From NCBI GenBank assembly GCA_963702095.1, contig OY969706.1, positions 1,696,001-1,760,000 of the forward strand: a stretch of 64,000 bases of DNA, read 5' to 3'. This document shows, piece by piece, positions 32,001 through 42,870 of this stretch. The first letter of the stretch is position 1. Each line of letters starts with the position of its first letter. This stretch comes from Candidatus Bathyarchaeota archaeon. GTDB taxonomy: Archaea > Thermoproteota > Bathyarchaeia > Bathyarchaeales > Bathycorpusculaceae. The translations under genes were made by a program, and so were the position numbers. A model generated the notes under the pieces. The model searched no databases and was not told the origin of the DNA. It saw only the letters and a program-made list of their open reading frames with translations.

Positions 32001-32981
32001 TTAGTATGTGGGGCGGTCCTCTTTTAGGATGGCGGCAACAGTAGCGGCGGTTCTGCGCCTACGCTTAACAACCACCACAACAGCCACAACCACGACTAGT
32101 ACGACAATCACCGCGATGGCTGCAATGGCTGTCCAAGGCGTCGAATCCGACGTCAACGCCTGCCCAAACGGAATCTGCAAGACAAAAGCGTGTTCGCTCT
32201 GAGTGTACACGAGGGATATAACCCAAACGCCGTCTTGGTCTTCACTGGAAAACGCGATTGGCTGCTCATCCATTTTCACCTGCAACGCCGAAACGTCGCT
32301 TACAAGGGCTTTTGGAAGGGAAGCGTAGAGGTATCCTGTTGTGGCTGAGGTGCCGTTTGTGGTAAAACTGAGTATTTGAGTTGTGGAGTCGTAGTTTAAG
32401 TCGGATAGGGTCGAGTTTGACGCAACCGAATACAGGTTACCCGACGCATCAAGCGTTAACGTGAGGTTTACTTTTGCATCCAGCCAATGCAGCGTGTCAT
32501 TCCCGCTCCAATGTGCATCCAACACGTAGTTGCCTGTTGCGTTAGGAGCAAACCACACCGCGGCAAAAGTGCCGTCACTACGAGTTGGCACCAACGTGGT
32601 GTTTTCCCAGTTGCCCCCAAAGTCAGCGCTAAAGCCAATGTAAATTGGGGCATTTGGAATGCCTGTTTTGTTGTAGCTCAACGTGCCTGAGACTTGGACT
32701 TTGGGGTTGCTTGAGTCTGCGCCAGTTGTGCATCTCAGGTCCAATGTGGGCCAAACGGTGGGTTCGGGTTTAGGCGTTGGAGTGGGTGTAGGTTCGGGAG
32801 GGACGGTGGGTGTGGGCGTGGGGGTTTCAAATGGAAAAGGGGAATCGTTGGCTAACGGCGTGTATAAAGCGCTCCCAGCACTTGCCAAGGGAAATGCAAA
32901 GGATATAGAGACACAGCTTGAAAGTAGAAAAACTATCGCAAGAGAAGTGAGGAGTTTTGTTTTGATCATGGTAACACCCAA
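32001..32981 (-). CDS. Secreted Ig-like surface protein with Pro/Thr linker and C-terminal TM
   Basis: Signal peptide, PTPTPTP linker, TM plus KRRRR. Confidence 0.8.
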   Translation of the reverse strand: MGVTMIKTKLLTSLAIVFLLSSCVSISFAFPLASAGSALYTPLANDSPFPFETPTPTPTVPPEPTPTPTPKPEPTVWPTLDLRCTTGADSSNPKVQVSGTLSYNKTGIPNAPIYIGFSADFGGNWENTTLVPTRSDGTFAAVWFAPNATGNYVLDAHWSGNDTLHWLDAKVNLTLTLDASGNLYSVASNSTLSDLNYDSTTQILSFTTNGTSATTGYLYASLPKALVSDVSALQVKMDEQPIAFSSEDQDGVWVISLVYTQSEHAFVLQIPFGQALTSDSTPWTAIAAIAVIVVLVVVVAVVVVVKRRRRTAATVAAILKEDRPTY

Positions 32982-33068
32982 GTTATTGCTTGTTCTATCG
33001 TAACTATATGGTGATCGATGGTATGCTTTTAAGTTTTTGAAAAATGGAGGGAAAGGAAAAGTGTCTAA

Positions 33069-33300
33069 TTAATGGACACTACGTCGTCTGAGAGCAACCA
33101 CTGCCACGACTGCAACAATGACTGCGATGGGCACTATGTAGATGAGGTATTGCATTATGTCTGAGGTGCCAGTTGGGATTGGCTGTAATGCGTTATCGCC
33201 GAGTTCCAGGGTAATGTGGTGTTGGCTATGCGAGTATGAGAACATTATCAGCCATGAATCTGCCAGGGATTGACTGTTAAAGGTCACTTGATTGTTGTCG
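33069..33300 (-). pseudogene. Probable C-terminal fragment of a related surface protein
   Basis: SWLIMFSYSHSQHHITL resembles VWVISLVYTQSEHAFVL of the neighbour; TM plus RRR; no N-terminus. Confidence 0.55.
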
Positions 33301-33673
33301 ATATAGGCTGATCAACAAACAAAAAACATGTGGACACTTGTTTACTACTGGAACGAAACATAGCTTTCTCTTATTCGTACCGGGTTAGGAAGAGGGGTTT
33401 TTCGGCTTCTTGCCGCCTAACGTCGAGAGGCACATCTTTGAGGGAGACGGGATCGTTTTTGAGGTGGGCTCTTTTTTGGGATAAGCCAGATTTTGCGGTT
33501 GAGTAATCCATTATGCCACCCTTTAGATAGCACTTTGCAATCAACGGATATATGGACTTGTGACTGTAAACGCACAACAACAATCAAAAAGAAAAAGGCG
33601 AAGACGAACCTATCCAAAAAAACACAATTTCTATAAACAGAACTTAACGACAAAAAATAAAATGGAAGGGTGT

Positions 33674-34981
33674 TTATGGACCCTTTTTGGTGACTTCTTT
33701 AATCGCGCCTGCCGCGACGGTGGTACCCATGTCTCGGATTGCGAATCTGCCGAGTTCAGGGAAGTCAATGAATGCTTCAACTGCGATTGGATGCAATGGT
33801 TCCATGCGTACCCAAGCTGCGTCTCCTGTCTTTAGGAAACTTGGGTGCTCTTCTGACACTTGTCCTGTGCGCGGGTCGATTTTCTTGATGAGTTCAACAA
33901 AGCGGACTGCGATTTGACCTGTGTGGTAGTGGAGAACTGGGGTGTATCCTGCTGCGATTGCGGTCGGGTGGTAGATAACGATGATTTGTCCGATGAATTC
34001 TTTTGCGACTGTCGGGGGGTTGTCTGCTGGGCCTGCTACGTCTCCGCGGTGGACATCGTTCTTGGCGATGCCTCTGACGTTCATGCCGATGTTGTCGCCG
34101 GGTTCTGCCACTGGAATTGATGTGTGGTGCATTTCGATGGATTTGACTTCAGCGGTTTTGTTGGATGGCATGAAGACCAAGGTTTGACCTGGTTTGAGGA
34201 TGCCTGTTTCTACTCTGCCGACTGGGACAGTGCCGATGCCTGTGATGGTGTATACGTCTTGAATTGGAACACGGAGTGGTTTGTTGGTTGGTTTTGCTGG
34301 GAGCTCTAATAGGTCGAAGGCTTCCATTAGGGTTGGACCAGTATACCAGGGCATCTTCTCGCTCTTCTTGAGCAAGTTGTCGCCTGTCCAGCCTGAAACT
34401 GGGACGAAGTTAATTTTCTCGATCTTGTAGCCGACCATTTTGAGCATTCTTGTAATTTCGTTCTTCATTTCATCGTAGCGTTCTTTGCTCCAGTTAACTG
34501 AGGCGTCGTCCATCTTGTTGATGGCAACGATCAGTTGGCGTATGCCCAAAGTGAAGGCTAAGAATGCGTGTTCACGTGTTTGACCGCCTGCGCCGATGCC
34601 TGCTTCGAACTCGCCTTTCTTGGCTGAGCTGAAGAGGACTGCAGCGTCGGCTTGGCTTGCTCCGGTAATCATGTTTTTAATGAAGTCTCTGTGGCCTGGT
34701 GCGTCGATGACGGTCATGTTGTATTTCTTGGTTGGGAACTGGAGGAATCGAAGGTCAATGGTGACACCGCGTTCACGTTCTTCTTTGAGGTTGTCTAGAA
34801 CCCATGCGAAATGGAAAGTTGATTTGCCCATTTGTTCGGCTTCTGCTTTGTAGGCATCGATTGTTCTCTGGTCGATTACGCCTGCTAGGTATAGTAAGTG
34901 TCCTGTGGTGGTTGATTTGCCGTTGTCAACGTGCCCCATGATGATGATGTTTAGGTGGGGTTTTCCTTCTTGTTTGCTCAT
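33674..34981 (-). CDS. tuf: Translation elongation factor EF-1 alpha
   Basis: GHVDNGKST, ERERGVTI, DAPGHRDF, NKMD and GRFAIRDMG; start MSKQEGK preceded by GAGGA. Confidence 0.98.
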   Translation of the reverse strand: MSKQEGKPHLNIIIMGHVDNGKSTTTGHLLYLAGVIDQRTIDAYKAEAEQMGKSTFHFAWVLDNLKEERERGVTIDLRFLQFPTKKYNMTVIDAPGHRDFIKNMITGASQADAAVLFSSAKKGEFEAGIGAGGQTREHAFLAFTLGIRQLIVAINKMDDASVNWSKERYDEMKNEITRMLKMVGYKIEKINFVPVSGWTGDNLLKKSEKMPWYTGPTLMEAFDLLELPAKPTNKPLRVPIQDVYTITGIGTVPVGRVETGILKPGQTLVFMPSNKTAEVKSIEMHHTSIPVAEPGDNIGMNVRGIAKNDVHRGDVAGPADNPPTVAKEFIGQIIVIYHPTAIAAGYTPVLHYHTGQIAVRFVELIKKIDPRTGQVSEEHPSFLKTGDAAWVRMEPLHPIAVEAFIDFPELGRFAIRDMGTTVAAGAIKEVTKKGP

Positions 34982-35170
34982 ATTCTTATCCTCTATTAAT
35001 CTAACCTGATTTTGTGAAATCGTTAACACATCAGTTCTTCCGATTATTTTAGGTTTATGGTAACCGTTAAGCGTGAAATATGACCTACAAAAGGGTGACC
35101 CCCCAAGAAAACCGCGGCAATCATCTCTTAGGCGATAGGACTTTTAAGCCCTGACCATTAATAGCCAACT

Positions 35171-35830
35171 ATGAGCAGCATCAGCGAACCGCAGGGCATA
35201 TCGGTAGTTACAACAACATGGAATGAAGCAGAAAATATTGAAGAGCTGCTACGCCGTATCAAAACCACGCTTAAAGCGACATTACATGAAATTATTGTGA
35301 TCGATGACAGCTCAACAGACGGAACCCTAGATCTGGCTAAACCGTTGGCGGATGTTGCGTTGCCGAAGCTCAGGGAGGGACAAACCACGGGGCTGCTGTT
35401 CGGAGCTAAACTCGCCAAGTTCCCCGTCATAGTTACCATAGATTCCGATTTGGAGAACAACCCCGAACTGATACCTGCCCTAGTCGAGAAATTGGATAGC
35501 TATGATTTGGTGGTGGCTTCTCGGAGGAATCTGCCAAGGTTGTCTGAGCGTTGGGCAGCTAAAACCTTGGGTAAAACCGTGGGCGTCTCGGATTTTTACT
35601 CGAACTTTCGAGCCTACAAAAAAGTAACCATTGGGGAGGTTGAATTGACTGGAGGGGAAACCTTTGGCGGCGAGTTACTGGTCAGGGCTAAAAAGCGTGG
35701 CTTTAGGATCGGCGAGTTACTGTATGATGCACCGGCTAGGCGCAGGCAACCCCGAATCGGCGGCTCATTTAGGGCGAACATGCGGATAACGTTTGCATCT
35801 ATAAAATGCTGGTTCATACTTCATTTTTGA
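35171..35830 (+). CDS. GT2 glycosyltransferase (dolichol-phosphate mannosyltransferase-like)
   Basis: ISVV..TWNE, IDDSSTDGT, DSD and VVASR motifs. Confidence 0.88.
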   Translation: MSSISEPQGISVVTTTWNEAENIEELLRRIKTTLKATLHEIIVIDDSSTDGTLDLAKPLADVALPKLREGQTTGLLFGAKLAKFPVIVTIDSDLENNPELIPALVEKLDSYDLVVASRRNLPRLSERWAAKTLGKTVGVSDFYSNFRAYKKVTIGEVELTGGETFGGELLVRAKKRGFRIGELLYDAPARRRQPRIGGSFRANMRITFASIKCWFILHF

Positions 35831-35949
35831 TTACAAACAAATTAGCGGTAAATTGGCATCATCTAATAACTATTTGGAAATATTTTCGCATTCTATGGTT
35901 AAGATTATTAGTTGCGGCATTTATGGAATGACAAGGGAAAATAACACCC

Positions 35950-38458
35950 ATGCTTAAAGAGGTAATCTTAGGCGGTCTGTGGAGATTCAAAGGCTTCCGC
36001 GGATGCGACGGAGAAGAACAAGGAGCCTACCGAACAGACATCAACATCGACGATTGGTTGCTGGCAGAGGCACCCCTGACTGCCCACACCAATTTGTTAG
36101 CTAACAAGATTATCCCCGACCCGTTCATGGGCGTCAACGAGCGCGATGTGCAGTGGGTTAACGAGAGCGAGTGGTGGTACCGCAAAGAAGTAGAGTTGAC
36201 CCCCGAATTAATCGGCAAAGACATTGTAGAGTTGGCTTTTGAAAGCTTAGACACCTTCGCAACCATCTGGGTAAACGATGTCAAAGTGGGCGAAGCAAAC
36301 AACATGTTCACGCCCTGGCGTTTTAGCATAAAACAAGCCGTTAAAACAGGAAAAAACCTCATCGTAATCCGATTCAAACCCATCAACAAAGTCGCCGCTG
36401 AACTCGAAAAGCAGCACCAGCACAAATACGTGAGTTTGAGCGCAGACAACTTTTCTGCCCGACCCTACGTGCGGAAGGCTCAGTACTCGTTTGGCTGGGA
36501 TTGGGGGCCAACGTTGCCGACAGCTGGGATTTGGCGGAAAGCCAAAGTCGTCGCATATGACACTGCAAGGATAGGGTATTTGGCTGGGTTGCCTGAGGAA
36601 GTATCCAGTGATAGGGCAAAGGTGAAGCTAAGCGTGGAAGTTTATGCTGCAAAAGATGTCGTGCTCCAAGTAAAGTTTGTGCTTGCTGGGTTTGGGCAGA
36701 AAAGTGAACAGGATATGGAACTCGAAAACCAGGGTTGGCAGAAACTTTGCTGACTGCACCCTAGAAGTTGAGAGTCCAAGGCTTTGGTGGCCCCAAGGAT
36801 ACGGCGAACCCAACTTATACATGGCAACCGTCCAAGTGCTCGACAAAGAAGAACTGCTCGATGAATCCACAGTTAAAGTCGGCGTAAGAAGCATCCGTCT
36901 TGTACAGGAGCCCGACGAAGAAGGAAAAACCTTTATCTTCCAAATCAACGATCAAAACGTCTTCTGCAGGGGCGCAAACTGGATACCCGCCGATTCGTTT
37001 CTGCCCAAAGTCAACTATGAACGCTACGCTAAACTCCTCGATTACGCGGCAGAAGCCAACTTTAACATGCTCCGTGTCTGGGGCGGAGGAGTATACGAAG
37101 CCGACGAATTCTACGACCTCTGTGACGTATTGGGAATTATGGTTTGGCAGGATTTCATGTATGTCTGCGCAGGCTACCCTGAAGAGGAATGGTTCCTAAA
37201 AGAAGCAGAACGGGAAGCCATGGAAGCCGTGCTGCGGTTGCGGGGGCACCCCTCCATTGTGTTGTGGTGTGGCAACAACGAGAACCAATGGTTACACTCT
37301 GTACTATGGCGGGTACGCGACAAAGTCGAGCGCCTGTATGGCTCACAAATCTATGAGTCGCTGCTGCTTAGGGTCTGCCAGTTTCTGGACCCCACCAGAC
37401 CTTACAGGCCAAGCACACCCTTTGGGGGAGAAGACGCCAGTGGGCGACATGAAGGCGACAGGCATAACTGGGAGGTTTGGAGCCAAGGCATCGATTACCC
37501 CGCTTACTTGGAGGATAATGGGCGGTTCATTTCAGAGTTCGGTTGGCAAGCTCCGCCTACGATGAAGCTGCTGCGCTCTTACATTGAAAAGCAGGATTTG
37601 AACCCTGATTCCTTTGCGTTTCGGGCACATGAAAAACAAGTTGGCGGCTTAGAACTGCTAAAGGCTCTGTTATCGATACATTACCCTGTTCCTCCGGATA
37701 TGGAGCGGTTTGTGCTCTACAGTCAACTTAACCAAGCTGAAGCCCTAAAAACAGGAGTAACCCACTGGCGCAGCCGCATGTTCAAAACCAGCGGATGCCT
37801 CATTTGGCAACTTAACGATTGCTGGCCAGTTATCAGCTGGAGCCTCATCGACTACGGTTTAAACCCTAAACCAGCCTACTATGCTGTTAAACGGGCATAC
37901 CAACCCGTTATTGCACCGTTTATTGTTAAGGGCGACAGTTTGGAATGCTACATCATAAACGAGACAACCGCAGAATTAGATACAAAGTTAAGGTTTGAAG
38001 TGATGAGTTTTAGCGGAGAGGCACTGTTTAACCAGGTAATTGAGAACACCGTGCCGTCGTTCTCCTCAAAACTTGCGCTGGAAAAACCGTTGGGTGGTCT
38101 GCCAGCCAGAGACGATTGCATTTTGGTGGCGATGTTGGAAAGCGCCGGCAAAGAAATCGCCGTAGACACCAAAACCATAGCTGAACCCAAAAACCTAAAA
38201 CTCCCCGCCGCACCAATCCACGTCACTCCAAAAAAAGTAGGCTCCAAAACCTTTGAAGTCACCCTTCAATCATCCGTCTACGCCAAAGCCGTTGCGTTGG
38301 ATACAAGCGATTTAGGCTGCAAGTTCAGCGACAACTTTTTTGACTTAGTCCCGAACAGACCAAAAAACGTTCTGTGCCATCTAGAAAAAGAGTTAAGCCC
38401 AGAACAATTTAACAACGCATTAAGCTGCCAATCATATCCTTATCGTCAACAGACCTAA
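35950..38458 (+). CDS. GH2 beta-mannosidase; frameshift near 36720
   Basis: RKAQYSFGWDWGP, GANWIP, RVWGGG, WQDF, WCGNNE, SEFG and WQLNDCWP motifs across two ORFs. Confidence 0.92.
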
Positions 38459-38462
38459 AGGC

Positions 38463-39554
38463 TTAATTTTTTAATTCAGTAGGCAGGATCGGTACTGGGG
38501 CTTTTATAATGACTGGGGGTTTTATGCCGCCTTTTAGCAATGATTTGATACCCATCCACTCGATTATGGGGTAACCGACGATTATTTGGCACCAGTAAGT
38601 CAACAATCTAACGATGGTGGTAGCGGCGCCTGCTACAGCCAACGGAACACCGTAGAGCGCAAACATGTTAACCATCGTCACCTCCACGGCGCCCACAGGG
38701 ATACCTGCAGTCACGGTTTCCACGGTTGTGACTATGCAGTAAACAGTTGCTAAGTCAAGCAGGGAGATAGAGGTAAAGTTGAGGGCATAGAAAATCAGCA
38801 GGTACACTATGAGACTAAACATCCAAGCTGCGACTGCGAAGAGGGCTGGTTTTATGAGTTTGCGGGGTTGATTTTTGAGGGTTTTGAAGACTTCGACAAA
38901 GGACAGTAAGCCATCATGGATTCTTTGTATGTAGGAAACCTGTTTTTCAGGGTTTCTTATTACGTGCTTGATGACTTTGGCTATGAGCCGAGTGATTGTA
39001 TCGACTGCGCCTGCTTTAAAGGCAATTACAAATATACCCGTTAGAACGGTTGCGGTTCCCAGAACCACCAGTATAACGGGGGTTACGAGGAAAACAGGTA
39101 GTTGATGAGTGCACAGAAGCAACGCAAAAGCCACCAGTAACCCGCCCGAATACACAAAAGTGCTGATGATGCGTGAACCGATAACTGTTGCGGCTGCGAT
39201 GCCTGTGTCATGGTTAGTTTCTTTCTGCGCTAGGGCTATGCGCACGACTTCGCCGCCGACTGTGGCGCTGGGAATGATTAATTCAATAAAGTTTCCGATC
39301 CAGTTGTAGAGGATTAGCTTGCGGAGTTTAACTTTAACTGACAGTGAATCTAGGAGGCTATGCCAGATTAGAGAGTCAAAAATGACGGAGACAACAAATG
39401 CGCCGATCGCTAAAGCCAGAAACAGGGAGTACTGGTACATGTTGAGTCTACTTAGCAGGGTGAAGAGACCGTCGAAGCCGACGAAAAACCACAAGTATAG
39501 AATAAAAGCTACTAAACCCAAAGCCATAAACGCAAAGGTTTTTCGGTCACCCAA
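38463..39554 (-). CDS. Lysylphosphatidylglycerol-synthase-TM / flippase-like membrane protein (UPF0104)
   Basis: PSATVGGEVVR, GAVE and RLLTYW motifs; multiple TM helices. Confidence 0.85.
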   Translation of the reverse strand: MGDRKTFAFMALGLVAFILYLWFFVGFDGLFTLLSRLNMYQYSLFLALAIGAFVVSVIFDSLIWHSLLDSLSVKVKLRKLILYNWIGNFIELIIPSATVGGEVVRIALAQKETNHDTGIAAATVIGSRIISTFVYSGGLLVAFALLLCTHQLPVFLVTPVILVVLGTATVLTGIFVIAFKAGAVDTITRLIAKVIKHVIRNPEKQVSYIQRIHDGLLSFVEVFKTLKNQPRKLIKPALFAVAAWMFSLIVYLLIFYALNFTSISLLDLATVYCIVTTVETVTAGIPVGAVEVTMVNMFALYGVPLAVAGAATTIVRLLTYWCQIIVGYPIIEWMGIKSLLKGGIKPPVIIKAPVPILPTELKN

Positions 39555-39827
39555 ACCCAGTTCAAACTCTCTCCTATTGATTCATCTGATATTCGCCGTA
39601 GGCCTCAGCGTGCACTGCCCGATGCGTTTGCTGAGCTTTTCGACTCGGGCTAAAAGGTATTGCTACCCTAGTTTGCCATTCAGTTTACACCCAAAAAGGG
39701 TTTTTAACATATATTAATCAAATGGCGAGTTAACAGCATTTTCTCCAAGCATCATAACAAGCAGAAAAGCAATAACTCAAACAAACGTTCAATCGAAAGG
39801 TGGACGGTTGAAAGAAAAATTGGGCGG

Positions 39828-40283
39828 TTACGCCCGTTTTATGGGTGCAAATGTTATTTCGATTTCGCCCCATCCTGATGCCGCAGTGGATTCCGCTGTT
39901 TCTGCGCTGGTTGATTGTTTTGCAGTTGCCTCCTCCTGTGGGTTGAAAGCTACTCGTACCTTGCTGTAGACGCTGAAGTTCTTGGGTAAATCACGTTCAA
40001 TGACAAAGCCCACACGTGTAATAAGCGCTTGACGTATCTGATCGGTTGTCAACGGCGTTGTTGGTAGAGGTTGAAGCTTCTTTTTGCCTGCTTCAATACT
40101 GATTTTTATTGGCAATTTAACCCTGAGATTCTGGATACTTAGCAACGCACTGCTTTTACCTAAGTCTGTCCCCTCCGTGTCTGCAACTGTGCTGATATAG
40201 TCAAGGGCGCTTTGGACTTCATTGTGGATGGCAAGTATCGCTTCTGTCAGGTAGGATGCGTTTTTTTCAGTTGCTTGTGTCAT
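39828..40283 (-). CDS. Hypothetical protein, third gene of the tripartite operon (Trypco2-like layout)
   Basis: Start overlaps the upstream stop (ATGA); helix LTEAILAIHNEVQSA, strand LSIQNLRVKLPIKI, final strand GEIEITFAP. Confidence 0.75.
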   Translation of the reverse strand: MTQATEKNASYLTEAILAIHNEVQSALDYISTVADTEGTDLGKSSALLSIQNLRVKLPIKISIEAGKKKLQPLPTTPLTTDQIRQALITRVGFVIERDLPKNFSVYSKVRVAFNPQEEATAKQSTSAETAESTAASGWGEIEITFAPIKRA

Positions 40284-40984
40284 AGAACCACCGTTTTAAA
40301 GGTTATTTGTACTTCACTTAGTACGTCGGCTTTGAGGGACAGGAATTCTGGGCGGTTAGTGTTTACTGGTTGGGCAACGATTTTGCGGATACCTATACCC
40401 GCGATTTTTGAACCAGTCGTGGAAGTAGACGACGCAGTTGAGTCCACTTCAAACCTCAAGGTAAGTTTTGAAGTTATTTGCCCATTATCCACGTAAACTC
40501 GGGGGATGCCACGTGAAACGACTGTTCGGATGACGGCTAAATGCTGCATAGCCAAAGCCAAGCGTGCCGCAGCTAAAATGTTGTTATAGCCAGCGGTGCT
40601 GATTACGGTTTTTCCTCGGTTTACGCGATCTACAGTTAAGTCGCTTTTTGTTATCTTGTAGCCGGTTTTGCTATAGATTGGGGGTGATTCGCCTGTTTCC
40701 TTGTTGCTTGTGTATGGTTCGCCTGCATCTGCCGCGCTTTTGTCTGGGGTGCCTGTGCTCGAGGGAAAAAGCCTTAGAATTTCCGCTCGGAGTATGTCGT
40801 CGGTTAGGTTTTCTTTGGCATACTCCTCCGCTGAAAGTTGAGCTTGCTGTGCTAGCTGTGCAACCTGTTTTTCCTGTGTCAGTATTGAGGTAACTACTGC
40901 GTTGAGGGTTTCGGAAATAAGTGTGGAGGCGAACTCAGCAAAGCCCATCTCTGCCGATTTCGCTGTGCTGACTGCCATATTCAT
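40280..40984 (-). CDS. Hypothetical protein, second gene of the tripartite operon; paralog of 40989-41774
   Basis: FAEFASTLISETLNAVV, GIPRVYVDNGQITSKLTL and SEVQITFKT align with the first gene. Confidence 0.8.
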   Translation of the reverse strand: MNMAVSTAKSAEMGFAEFASTLISETLNAVVTSILTQEKQVAQLAQQAQLSAEEYAKENLTDDILRAEILRLFPSSTGTPDKSAADAGEPYTSNKETGESPPIYSKTGYKITKSDLTVDRVNRGKTVISTAGYNNILAAARLALAMQHLAVIRTVVSRGIPRVYVDNGQITSKLTLRFEVDSTASSTSTTGSKIAGIGIRKIVAQPVNTNRPEFLSLKADVLSEVQITFKTVVL

Positions 40985-40988
40985 GCAT

Positions 40989-41774
40989 CTAGGTGGTCAT
41001 GGGTTGATAGTCAGTCTTGAAGTCGATTTGAACGCGTCCGTAGATTTGCACTTGGCTGCCTGAGATGTCGCGGTTGGTTTCTCTGGCGGTTGAGATGTTT
41101 AGGGTGTTGAAGCTTGTGGAGGCTGAGGCTTTTACCCAGAGGCTGGTTAATCCTCCGGTGCCTGCGGATGCCCGTGCAGAGAAAGACGAGGTGTTGTAGT
41201 TGTTTTTTGTGTTTTCGTAGAAGGTGTTGGCGTAAGTGTTGAAAGTTAGGCGTGTTTCTATGACTCCGTGTTCAACGACTAATCTGAGTACGCCCATCTT
41301 TACCATTTCCTTTAGCAAGGTGTATTTGTCTGCAGCGATTCTTTTGGCGACTGCTTCAAGTATCGCATCTAAGGCGGTTTGGTTGGCTATCGATGTTGCT
41401 GTAATTCCGGGGTTATCCTGTACATCGGGAACTACAAGGGCGCTGTTTAATCTGTCTGCATCCGCGGTTGTTAAGGTTGCGCCCACTCGGATCTTGGTGC
41501 CGCTTGTATCTGAGGTGTCTGGAAGGAGCCGAGCCAAAAACTGCAGGATCATTTCGCCGCTGATGTCATCTTTGGTGTCGTTGATGTAGGTAACTAAGGA
41601 TTTGGATACTGCCTGCATAAGGTCGACGTATGCCTCGGTCTGGCGGATGTTCGCAGAAATCAAGGCGTCGAAGACGTCGGTTATGAGTTTAGCTGTGAAC
41701 TCGGGGAAACGGATTTCTCCCAGAGGCGATTGAGCGCCTGCTGCCGAAAGTTTCTGTGCGGCAACTAGGGACAA
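40989..41774 (-). CDS. Hypothetical protein with Ser/Thr-rich amphipathic beta-hairpin, first gene of the tripartite operon
   Basis: GGAGG 9 nt upstream of the TTG start; FPEFTAKLITDVFDALI, GVLRLVVEHGVIETRLTF and GRVQIDFKTDY. Confidence 0.8.
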   Translation of the reverse strand: MSLVAAQKLSAAGAQSPLGEIRFPEFTAKLITDVFDALISANIRQTEAYVDLMQAVSKSLVTYINDTKDDISGEMILQFLARLLPDTSDTSGTKIRVGATLTTADADRLNSALVVPDVQDNPGITATSIANQTALDAILEAVAKRIAADKYTLLKEMVKMGVLRLVVEHGVIETRLTFNTYANTFYENTKNNYNTSSFSARASAGTGGLTSLWVKASASTSFNTLNISTARETNRDISGSQVQIYGRVQIDFKTDYQPMTT

Positions 41775-42014
41775 ATTAGTTCGCCTCCAGTTGACCGAAC
41801 ACTATTGTGTGGGGATTGGTTTGTTCCTTGTTGGGGGTTGCTTGTTTTTGCATATGGGTCACAAGCGGTCACTAGCCTGCTTTCATTAATAAGACTTGCT
41901 AAAGAATTTGTGTCTAAACTTTCTGTTGCACAAGTAAGAAAGCCCAAGGATATAGACAGGATTATCAAAAAACTCTTATGTACTTGAATGGGACATACAG
42001 AGAAGCGATGCAGC

Positions 42015-42398
42015 ATGCAAACTGATACAGAAGCAAAAATAAAAGCGGACCTCCTAGCAGAAACCCAAACCCTTGAACAGAACTACAAAATCTTAGCTGG
42101 ATTCACTTCAGGAAAAGATTACGACCCCGCAACCGTGGGCAACAGCATCCAAGCCTTCAAAGACAGCCTCAGCCGCGCCAGCGCCTACGTATTAGCCCTC
42201 TACAACCTCAAGGGCCAACGGGTCAACATCCCCTGGGAACAACTCTTTACAAGCCTCGATTACGCGTTGGCGACGCTTTCAACTTCTGCTTCCACCAAGG
42301 GCAGGGATGCGGTTAGGGCGGTTTTGGCTATGTCGCAGGAGCAGATGGGGCAGGTCATGTCCTATTTTGCTGCGCTCAAAGAATCACTTACCCAGTGA
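42015..42398 (+). CDS. Hypothetical all-helical protein, divergent from the tripartite operon
   Basis: 127-aa ORF with amphipathic helical pattern. Confidence 0.7.
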   Translation: MQTDTEAKIKADLLAETQTLEQNYKILAGFTSGKDYDPATVGNSIQAFKDSLSRASAYVLALYNLKGQRVNIPWEQLFTSLDYALATLSTSASTKGRDAVRAVLAMSQEQMGQVMSYFAALKESLTQ

Positions 42399-42594
42399 AC
42401 CCATGCCAAGTGAAGGCTGCTATTTAGGCAGAGCATCTCCTTTGGGCAGCGGACGCCTCTATGTTGCCATGTAATTTGGCGCTGGCTCAACGATTTTCAG
42501 CAGATCGGATTGTTTGTTTGGTTTGATGGTGTTAAGCCTGTTTTTTGGGTTGCTAGAGGCGGATTGATGTGCCTTTTTTGCTATTCAATGGTTT

Positions 42595-42795
42595 TTATGG
42601 AGAAAAGCATTCGATACATGCACCCCATCCACACCCTGGCCCATCCAACATGCTCCATGCAACGCATGTGGAGGAAAATACGTATGCCACACTCTAACAG
42701 GCGTTGAAAACCATTACAACCGCAAAACGCAACACAATCCTCAAGCAGTCTTGTGGCACCCCACAAACCGCCACACCCACATAAAGAGAGAAAAC
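42595..42795 (-). repeat. Dispersed intergenic repeat, copy D (inverted)
   Basis: Plus strand GCAGTCTTGTGGCACCCCACAAACCGCCACACCCACATAAAG is the reverse complement of the element start. Confidence 0.85.
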
Positions 42796-42870
42796 TAATC
42801 AGTAAAACCTCGACTTACTGACAAAACAATACTATTCGTTTCCAAAGGCTTTTAGGCGTTCACACCCATA

